From NCBI GenBank assembly GCA_039589315.1, contig JBDHHQ010000100.1, forward strand, positions 1 to 14,601: a stretch of 14,601 nucleotides of DNA. Reading direction: 5' to 3'. Shown here one piece after another: positions 7,848-14,601 of the stretch. How positions within the stretch are numbered: the stretch's first letter is position 1; every line of letters starts with the position of its first letter. This stretch comes from Gemmatimonadota bacterium (GTDB taxonomy: Bacteria > Gemmatimonadota > Gemmatimonadetes > Longimicrobiales > Gaopeijiaceae). Under the pieces are notes generated by a model. It saw only the letters and a list, made by a program, of their open reading frames with translations, had not been told where the DNA came from and did no database searches. A program made the position numbers and the translations under genes.

Positions 7848-10301
7848 TCAGCTCACGGGCGGGTCCTCCGTCACCTGACCCTCCCTGGGCGCGGCGTTCT
7901 TGACGTGGAGCTCCAACCAACGGTTCGTCTCCCACAGCATGTGCAGGATGGACTCGCGGCCCCGGTAACCATGGCTCTCGTGTGGCAGCATCACGAGCCG
8001 GGCAGTGGCGCCGAGCCCCTTGAGGGCGTGGTAGAACCGCTCGCTCTGTATCGGAAACGTGCCGGAGTTGTTGTCTGCCTGTCCGTGAATCAGGAGAATC
8101 GGCTCGTTCACCTTCTCGGCGTGCATGAACGGCGACATGTAGAAGTAGATCTCGGGGGCCTCCCAGAAGAGCCGTTCCTCCCGCTGGAATCCGAAGGGCG
8201 TCAGCGTCCGGTTGTACGCACCGCTCCGGGCGATCCCCGCCCGGAACAGGTCCGAGTGGGCCAGGAGGTTCCCGGTCATGAAGGCCCCGTACGAGTGCCC
8301 GCCGATGCCCACCCGGTCGGGATCCACCACTCCCCGTCGCACGCCTTCCTCGATGACGGCCCGGGCGTTGGCCACCAATTGCTCCCGGAAGGTGTCGTTG
8401 GGCTCCGCGTCACCCTCGCCGACTACGGGCATGGACGCGTTGTCGATAACCGCATAGCCCTGGGTCACGTATGGGATCGCCCCCCAGTGGCTGACGCGGG
8501 TGAACCGGTGGGGAGAGTCGGACCGTTGCCCCGCCGCGTCCGCGCTCTTGAACTCCCGTGGATAGGCCCAGACCAGAGCCGGCAGCGGCCCGTCCCGAGA
8601 AGGATCGTACCCGGGCGGCAGATACAGCGTGGCGCTGAGCTGGACCCCGTCGTCCCGCTCATACAGCAGAGGCTCTCTTTGCAGCGCCAGGTCGGGATGC
8701 GGGTGAGGAAGGTCGGTGAGCACCGTTGCCGACCCGGATGCCAGGCTGCGCAGGAAGAAGTTGGGCGGGCTTTCCACCGACTCCCGGCGGGTGAGCACGG
8801 TCGGACCGTCGTCGTCGATCACGGCCAGCGGTGCCTCGTAGTACGGAGCTTCCGAACGGAACAGCTCGGCGACGGCACCGCTCGACAGGTCGAGACTACG
8901 AAGGAACGGACGGTTCCCCTCCGGCGAGGCTCCCTCGCCGGACATGAGCACCGACTTGCCACCGTCCAGGCTGAGGAGCACCTCATGGCCCCCGTCGGTG
9001 CGTCTCGTCAGCGGGAATCCCGGGTTCCCGTAGCGGTCCTCGGTCGAGACGTCGATGATCGGCGCCGGGGCGGGCCCGGGTCGCCTGGGATCGATGACGT
9101 AGGCCCTCCGGATCCGGGTGGACCACCAGTTCTCACGCACGAGCGCACGGCCATCCTCGGTCCACCCCACGCCGCTGAACCGGAGGGGCAATCTCACGAT
9201 CTCGGTCGCCTGACCGTCGAATGGCGCAGCGAGCATCATGAGGGCATCGCGGGCGTCCACCTGGGCGTGGGCGTCACCGCCGTCCAGCGCCTCCGCCCAG
9301 ACCAGGGTCGCGTCGGTATCCCCACGCCACTCGACCTCCCGCGCCCCCGTCCTGACCGAACCGAACGCGGTCGGCACGTCCTCGGCCAGCGGTAATGCGG
9401 CGATCCGAATCACGTCTCCTTCTTCGTCCCAGACCTCGATGGACTCGGGGAAGCGGTAGTAGGGCACCAGGTAGGAGAACGGCTCGTGGATCCGGCGAAC
9501 GAGCAAGTATTGGCCGTCTGGCGACGGATCCGCCTCCACGAAGAGGCTGGGCTCGCCCACCGCCGTCGCAGCGCCGTCGAGGGGCACACGCGCCAGCTGG
9601 CTGGTCATGAAGTGGGCGAACACGGCCTCGTCGTACGGGTCCTCCAGCAGATCCTGGTAGGTGCGCGCGGGCGCCTCTCCTCCGGGATGATCCTGGATCA
9701 CCGGTCCCGCCGGGGCGGACGGGCGCCGCGGCATCGCGCCCCGCCCGTCCGGCACCGTCAGGGCGATGAGGGTGCGCCCGTCCACCCACCGGAACGGAGT
9801 ACCCGACGCCACGTCGTTCACGGCTGCATCGAGCAGGCGGCGCGCCTCGCCGGTCGCCGCGGGTACGACGTAGAGCTCGACTCGCTCGGGTCGATCGAGC
9901 AGAAACGCGACGTGTCGCCCATCGGGTGACCAGAGGGCGTCACGGATGCGGGGAGCCACCGGCAACCCGGTGACCGTGGTAGACTCCCCCGACAGCGTCA
10001 CCAGCGTCAAGCCGTCATAGGTGTCCGCGCGACTCGGCCCCGAGTTGGCAGGGTTGATGCGCAGGCCTGCGAGCCGGAGCTCGGGCTCGGCCAACCGCTC
10101 GATGGAGCTCAACACGGGGCGGTGCATCAAGAGAAGCATGTCCCGCTCAGGGCTCAGACTCGCCGCCGGAGTCTGAGGCGCGTCCACGAACCGGGCCAGA
10201 GCCTGCGGTGGCGTCTGGTAGGTCTGCTGTGCCGAGACATGGGTCGCCGCGAGGGCGATGAGCGCGAGGGAGATCAGGCCCGTTCGCAAGCCCTGGAACA
10301 T
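7848..10301 (-). CDS. Secreted S9 (prolyl oligopeptidase clan) serine peptidase, glutamyl-peptidase (S9D)-like
   Basis: Sec signal peptide (MFQGLRTGLISLALIALAATHVSA-QQ), WSPDG-type propeller region, nucleophile GGHSYG, IHGQADNN (Asp), PHESHGY (His). RSGAYNRTLTPFGFQ resembles S9D. SD AGGAG upstream. Confidence 0.93.
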   Translation of the reverse strand: MFQGLRTGLISLALIALAATHVSAQQTYQTPPQALARFVDAPQTPAASLSPERDMLLLMHRPVLSSIERLAEPELRLAGLRINPANSGPSRADTYDGLTLVTLSGESTTVTGLPVAPRIRDALWSPDGRHVAFLLDRPERVELYVVPAATGEARRLLDAAVNDVASGTPFRWVDGRTLIALTVPDGRGAMPRRPSAPAGPVIQDHPGGEAPARTYQDLLEDPYDEAVFAHFMTSQLARVPLDGAATAVGEPSLFVEADPSPDGQYLLVRRIHEPFSYLVPYYRFPESIEVWDEEGDVIRIAALPLAEDVPTAFGSVRTGAREVEWRGDTDATLVWAEALDGGDAHAQVDARDALMMLAAPFDGQATEIVRLPLRFSGVGWTEDGRALVRENWWSTRIRRAYVIDPRRPGPAPAPIIDVSTEDRYGNPGFPLTRRTDGGHEVLLSLDGGKSVLMSGEGASPEGNRPFLRSLDLSSGAVAELFRSEAPYYEAPLAVIDDDGPTVLTRRESVESPPNFFLRSLASGSATVLTDLPHPHPDLALQREPLLYERDDGVQLSATLYLPPGYDPSRDGPLPALVWAYPREFKSADAAGQRSDSPHRFTRVSHWGAIPYVTQGYAVIDNASMPVVGEGDAEPNDTFREQLVANARAVIEEGVRRGVVDPDRVGIGGHSYGAFMTGNLLAHSDLFRAGIARSGAYNRTLTPFGFQREERLFWEAPEIYFYMSPFMHAEKVNEPILLIHGQADNNSGTFPIQSERFYHALKGLGATARLVMLPHESHGYRGRESILHMLWETNRWLELHVKNAAPREGQVTEDPPVS

Positions 10302-10320
10302 GGGAGAAGTCTCCTGCCGT

Positions 10321-10380
10321 GACCGGTTCTGGAAATCGGGAGGGTCCGATCATTGAACCGGTCCGGGAGGATCTGCGCAA
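10321..10380 (-). promoter_or_regulatory. Nested inverted repeat overlapping a weak sigma70-like promoter upstream of the S9 peptidase
   Basis: GACCGGTTC (10321-10329) / GAACCGGTC (10355-10363) with inner ATCGG/CCGAT; minus strand TTGCGC-N17-TTCAAT at 10380-10352. Confidence 0.4.
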
Positions 10381-10408
10381 GGGCTCCGGTGGGCGCGCTG
10401 GCCCCCGG

Positions 10409-13400
10409 TCAACGCGGCAGGCGCAATACCCGGGTCGGGACCAACCGGTTGCCGCGGGATCCGTCGCCCAACTGTCCGTCCACGTTGTAACCCCAGCAGT
10501 AGGACCGCCCCGAAGGATTCGACCCGCAGGTGTGCGCACCGCTGGCCAATAGGAAGGACAACCTCAGATCTCCGGATACGGCCACGGGAGTGTGCCGATC
10601 GGTGTTGCTGCCGTCGCCCAGCTGCCCATACGTGTTCCGGCCCCAGCAGTAGGTCGCTCCAGCCTCGGTCAGCGCGCAGGTGTGGACGCCACCCGCCGCG
10701 ATCTGTGCCACGCTCTCGATACCGGATACCCGGGCCGGAGCCGTCCGGTTTTGCGTGGTGCCGTCACCGAGCTGGCCGTAGGTGTTCTGCCCCCAGCAAT
10801 AGGCGTCACCCGCGGGCGTGACCCCGCAGGTGTGGGCGCTGCCGGCAGACAGGGCGCGGAACGTCGGCACTCCGGTGACCTGCGCGGGCTCGATCCGGTC
10901 GGCACCGCTCCCGTCGCCGAGCTGGCCATGGGCGTTCCTGCCCCAGCAGTACGCGGTGCCGCTCCGGGTCAGACCACAAGTGTGGGTCCAGCCGACCGCC
11001 AGCGCCCGGAAGGTGTTGGCCGGCGCGACCACCTGTCCCGGCGTGGACCGGCTCGAACGCGTCCCGTCACCCAACTGGCCGTTCAGGTTGCCGCCCCAGC
11101 AGAACGCCCTGCCCCCCGCCGCCAGCGCGCACGTGTGGGAAACGCCGGCCGCAACCAACGCGAAGCGGAGATCGCCCGCCACCGGCCGGGGCTCCGCTCG
11201 CCCTCCGGTCGTCCCGTCACCGAGCTGCCCGCTCTCGTTGCCGCCCCAGCAGTACACCACGCCGTTGGGCGCGACGCCGCATGTGTGGGCGAAGCCCGCG
11301 GCGATCGTCGCCAGTGTGAGCGTGCCGTCCACCAGACCCGGTGTGGATCGGCGGGGACCCTCCTCCCCCAGCTGGCCGTTGGCGTTTCCCCCCCAGCAGT
11401 ACGGCGTGCCGTCTCCGGTGATGGCGCAGGTGTGCGTACCGCCAGCCACGATCGTCCGCCGGACCGACAGTGTCCGGGGGATGCCCCGAGCCGTCATCAA
11501 AACGGGCACCTGTTCCAGCCCTTCGGCAACGGCCGAAACGGCGTTCTCGGCGGATCCGCTCCCCAGGACCCACCGAGCCTCGAGGCGCCCATCGGCGCCG
11601 GTGACCCCGCGGGCCGGGGTGACCGAGCCCCCTCCTACCGTCACATCGAAGCGGACTGGGACGCCCGCCACCGGCTGACCGCTGCGGTCGGTGACCTCGA
11701 TCAACAGGCGTTCCGGCAGGGCGCCCCCCATGGGGGCCTCCTGCCCGTCACCCTCGACGACTGTCAGGGCTGCCGCAGTGGCCCCGGCCGCCGCCGCGAC
11801 GTTCGCCCGGAAGCGGGCCTGCGGTCCGGGCCGGTCGCGAACCGACGCGACGACCGACTGCTCCCCGTCGCCCATGCCGAGCATCCACTCCGCCGACGCG
11901 AGACCGGAGGCGTCTGTGACGGCGCTCGAAGGGTTCACGAACCCACCACCGGCGCTCACCGTGAACTCGACCACGGCACCCTGGACGGGCTCGCCAAAGG
12001 CGTCCTCGACCCGGACTACCAGGGGATCTCTCGCCACCGTAGCGGGATCCGCCTCCTGAAGATCACCGGCAATGGCCTGTAGCGCCGCCGGGATGGGCCC
12101 GGACCCCGGCGGCCGGTCCTCCGGGACGGGGGTCCGGTCCGGCGGCGGCGCCACCCCGGTCGGGTCGGCCGGCTCATCGCCGTTGCCGGTAGCCTCCGGC
12201 CCGTCCGTCGATGGCTCAGCGCCATCCGCGCCGAGATCGGTCTCGACGGCGACGGCCTCGCCATCCACGCTCGGTGGATCGTCCGTCCCTGTCGCGCGAT
12301 TCTGCGACAGCGCCCACAAGCCACCCGCGATCACGACGATCGCCGCGGCCATTGCGGCGGTCGTGGCGACCGTTTGGCCGTGGCGATCGTCCTTGCTCGC
12401 CGGTGCAGCGGGGGCCGGGGGGCTGGGTCCCTCGCGGACCGCGACGGTCGTCTCCCCGCCGGGAACGGGCGGTACCGTGTCTCCCACAGGACCATGGTCG
12501 CCCGTCTCTTCGGTCTCCGGGCGGCGGTACATGAGGGTGGCCGCGTCCTCCGATGCGCCCGGGGCACTTGGCGTACGCTTGCGCGGGGTGAGCTCCCGGG
12601 GAGCCGGTGTATCCGGGAGCGGGCCGGCTTGAACCTGCTGGACGAAGTCGTCGGCGTCGGTCCAGCGCTCGTCACGGTGCTTACTCAGCGCGACGTCGAT
12701 GGCGCGCTGGAGGTGCGGCGGGATGTCGGGACGCAGGTCGGCGAGGGGCACCAGCTCGTCCTGCTTCTGCCGGTAGATGATCGTGTACAGGTTCTCGCCC
12801 GCCCACGGTTGTTGTCCCGTGAGCATCTCGTAGCCCACCAGACCCAGAGAGTAGACGTCGCTCCTTCCGTCCAGATCGCGACCGTCGATCTGCTCCGGCG
12901 ACATGTAGGCCGGTGTCCCGAGAGCCATCCCGGGAAGGGTGAGGTTGGAGTCGGTGTCCCAGGCGCGGGCGATGCCGAAGTCGGAGAGGCGGGCGATGCC
13001 GGTCTCGTCGTCGACGTAGATGTTCTCGGGCTTGATGTCGCGGTGGACGATGCGGCGCCGATGCGCGTAGGAGAGGGCCCGGCCCACGTCGGTGAGCACC
13101 TGGCCAGCCTGGGCGTAGGTGAGCGGTCCCGATGCCCGGATCACCGCCTTCAGGCTCCGGCCGGGCACGTACTGCATGATCAACGCGAGGCTGCCATCGT
13201 CCAGCTTCCGGGTCCCGTAGAGCTGCACGATGTTGGGATGCTGCATCCCGGCCACCGTCCTCGCCTCCCGAAACAGGCGAGCCATGGCCTCTTCGTCCTC
13301 CACGTAGGTGGACCGGATGACCTTGACCGCGACGTCCCGCTCGAGGTCGGTATCGCGGGCCAGGTACACGACGGCGGTGCCGCCGCGGCCGAGCTCGCGA

Positions 13401-13462
13401 ACGATCTCGTAGTTGTCCCCCAGGCCCACCAGGGTCGGAAGCGTGCGCTCGTTCTGACTCAT
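10409..13462 (-). CDS. Transmembrane Hanks-type Ser/Thr protein kinase with two Ig-like (Big_1/invasin-like) domains and seven RCC1/BLIP-II repeats
   Basis: GRGGTAVVY, VAVK, HRDIKPEN, DFG, GTPAYMSPE, SDVYSLG all intact. TM AMAAAIVVIAGGLWAL (about 12308-12360). Two GDxQ...D..GxPVxGxxVxF...T.A.G...W.LG Ig-like repeats (about 11480-12082). Start set at ATG 13462, 4 bp after the upstream stop; 1017 aa. Confidence 0.95.
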   Translation of the reverse strand: MSQNERTLPTLVGLGDNYEIVRELGRGGTAVVYLARDTDLERDVAVKVIRSTYVEDEEAMARLFREARTVAGMQHPNIVQLYGTRKLDDGSLALIMQYVPGRSLKAVIRASGPLTYAQAGQVLTDVGRALSYAHRRRIVHRDIKPENIYVDDETGIARLSDFGIARAWDTDSNLTLPGMALGTPAYMSPEQIDGRDLDGRSDVYSLGLVGYEMLTGQQPWAGENLYTIIYRQKQDELVPLADLRPDIPPHLQRAIDVALSKHRDERWTDADDFVQQVQAGPLPDTPAPRELTPRKRTPSAPGASEDAATLMYRRPETEETGDHGPVGDTVPPVPGGETTVAVREGPSPPAPAAPASKDDRHGQTVATTAAMAAAIVVIAGGLWALSQNRATGTDDPPSVDGEAVAVETDLGADGAEPSTDGPEATGNGDEPADPTGVAPPPDRTPVPEDRPPGSGPIPAALQAIAGDLQEADPATVARDPLVVRVEDAFGEPVQGAVVEFTVSAGGGFVNPSSAVTDASGLASAEWMLGMGDGEQSVVASVRDRPGPQARFRANVAAAAGATAAALTVVEGDGQEAPMGGALPERLLIEVTDRSGQPVAGVPVRFDVTVGGGSVTPARGVTGADGRLEARWVLGSGSAENAVSAVAEGLEQVPVLMTARGIPRTLSVRRTIVAGGTHTCAITGDGTPYCWGGNANGQLGEEGPRRSTPGLVDGTLTLATIAAGFAHTCGVAPNGVVYCWGGNESGQLGDGTTGGRAEPRPVAGDLRFALVAAGVSHTCALAAGGRAFCWGGNLNGQLGDGTRSSRSTPGQVVAPANTFRALAVGWTHTCGLTRSGTAYCWGRNAHGQLGDGSGADRIEPAQVTGVPTFRALSAGSAHTCGVTPAGDAYCWGQNTYGQLGDGTTQNRTAPARVSGIESVAQIAAGGVHTCALTEAGATYCWGRNTYGQLGDGSNTDRHTPVAVSGDLRLSFLLASGAHTCGSNPSGRSYCWGYNVDGQLGDGSRGNRLVPTRVLRLPR
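10412..11453 (-). repeat. Seven RCC1/BLIP-II repeats (about 50 aa each), predicted 7-bladed beta-propeller
   Basis: Seven copies of xAGxxHTCx(8)[YF]CWGxNxxGQLG(DG) at about 150-bp spacing. Confidence 0.93.
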
Positions 13463-13466
13463 CTCG

Positions 13467-14601
13467 TCAGACCCAGTACCGGAAGACGACTTCGCCCATC
13501 TCGATGCGGTCCCCGTCACCAAGGTGGTGCCGGGACCCGTCTCCGGAGCTCAGAGGCTCTCCATTCACCACCACCGGGTTCGTCGTCGACAGGTTCTCGA
13601 TCCACCATCCACCGTCGAGGAAGCGCATGCGGGCGTGCATGCGGCTCACGGTGGCGATCTTGAGCTGAATGTGTCGGTATTGTGGACCCGACGCCCGGCC
13701 GAAAGTCACTTCCGGCTCCTCAGTCGGAATGCGGACGAAGCGGATCACGCCTCGCCCCGGGTCTCCGCCGACGACGTCCAGCCGGCCCGGGAGGAGCTGT
13801 AGCGTTCCGTCCGGTGGCCGGTGAAAGCGGACGTAGCCCTCGTCGATGGTCTCGCCCTCCGGCACGAGGTCGGCTTCTGCCTCGGCGGCAGGTGCCGACG
13901 GGGCGCCGTTACCGGACGAGACGTCCGGGCCGGGGCCTTGAAGGGGCGGCACCGACCGCGCCGGCGGGCCCCGTTCCGGAGCGATTCTCTCCTCCGCTGG
14001 CGGGATCGGCGGCGCCGGGGCCGGCGGTCCGGCCGGCGGCTGAGCCGGGGGTGGCTGCACCGGATAGGCCGGCGGAGTGCCTTGTGGTGGTGCGGGATAT
14101 GGTTGGGGGGGATAGGCCTGTGGCGGGTAGGACTGCGGATAGTATCCGGGCTGGGCTGGCCACGGCTGCGGCGGATAACCGGGAGCGGGCGGCGGATAGC
14201 CCTGTCCCACCTGCGGATACGGCTGCCCGTACCCGGGCTGTCCGCCATACGGGTCCCGCATCTCGGGTCGTGACGTCGGGGCTTGAGGGTCCGGGCGTGA
14301 AGCCGCCGGCTTGATCCCCGCCTCGCCCGCTTCTGACGAGAAGGGGAGGACGACCCACTCCTCTTCGGCCTCCTCGAGCTCCGGACGCGCGTCCGACCGC
14401 CGAGCCCACCATTGCACACCAGCCACGGCCACGACGAAGAGCACCGCGGCTCCGCCGGCCACGCCAATCCACCCCAGGGCCGACTGCCGAGCGCATCCCG
14501 ACGGGTCCACCTCTGCGCCCCGACTGGTCGCGGGACAGACGTCGACCTCGTCGGGGACACCGTCCCGGTCCGTGTCCGCCATCTGGGCCTCCCTGGCCTG
14601 G
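13467..14601 (-). CDS. Membrane-anchored FHA-domain protein (TSP3-like motif, TM, Pro/Gln/Tyr-rich linker, C-terminal FHA); 5' end may lie outside the window
   Basis: DTDRDGVPDEVDVCPAT...VDPSGC motif, TM LGWIGVAGGAAVLFVVAVAGVQWW followed by RR, FHA motifs TFGR, VSRMHA, NLSTTN, VNG, LGDGDRIEMG. The frame stays open to the window edge, but AGGGAGG lies 5 nt before ATG 14582, so that start is also possible. Confidence 0.88.
   Translation of the reverse strand, partial: QAREAQMADTDRDGVPDEVDVCPATSRGAEVDPSGCARQSALGWIGVAGGAAVLFVVAVAGVQWWARRSDARPELEEAEEEWVVLPFSSEAGEAGIKPAASRPDPQAPTSRPEMRDPYGGQPGYGQPYPQVGQGYPPPAPGYPPQPWPAQPGYYPQSYPPQAYPPQPYPAPPQGTPPAYPVQPPPAQPPAGPPAPAPPIPPAEERIAPERGPPARSVPPLQGPGPDVSSGNGAPSAPAAEAEADLVPEGETIDEGYVRFHRPPDGTLQLLPGRLDVVGGDPGRGVIRFVRIPTEEPEVTFGRASGPQYRHIQLKIATVSRMHARMRFLDGGWWIENLSTTNPVVVNGEPLSSGDGSRHHLGDGDRIEMGEVVFRYWV

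Noticed and set aside
7750..7935. 61-aa ORF and small hairpin GCGAGG-ACG-CCTCGC (7818-7832) between the S9 gene and blaI
   Set aside because: The ORF overlaps the S9 gene end and has no motif; the 6-bp hairpin has no U tract and is expected by chance at this GC content.
7848..10301. S9 alpha/beta-hydrolase as a stand-in for the missing MenH
   Set aside because: It has a signal peptide and a propeller-plus-peptidase architecture, unlike the small cytoplasmic MenH.
403..13663. Long plus-strand ORFs (403-1881, 1448-2746, 2602-4284, 7833-9395, 10592-12082, 12374-13663 and others)
   Set aside because: Antisense shadows of well-supported minus-strand genes in GC-rich DNA; Arg/Gly/Pro/His-rich and without recognisable motifs.

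Overview
GC-rich (roughly 70%) bacterial window in which every supportable gene is on the minus strand; the gene families resemble Gemmatimonadota (inference only). Read 5'->3' on the minus strand there are two blocks. Block 1 (14601-6026) is a signalling/proteolysis block: a membrane-anchored FHA protein (TSP3-like motif, TM, Pro/Gln/Tyr-rich linker, C-terminal FHA; possibly cut at the window edge), a receptor-type Ser/Thr kinase with two Ig-like domains and a complete seven-repeat RCC1/BLIP-II propeller, a secreted S9 peptidase, a BlaI/MecI/CopY repressor and an M56 (BlaR1-like) metallopeptidase lacking the penicillin-binding sensor domain. Block 2 (5738-1) is a classical menaquinone operon menF-menD-menB-menA-menE (menE runs off the left edge and is missing from the ORF track); menH and menC are not in the window. 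Between the blocks is a degenerate 24-bp tandem array that is in frame with the M56 gene just past its TAG, followed by a sigma70-like promoter for menF. No RNA genes, mobile elements or CRISPR arrays were seen.
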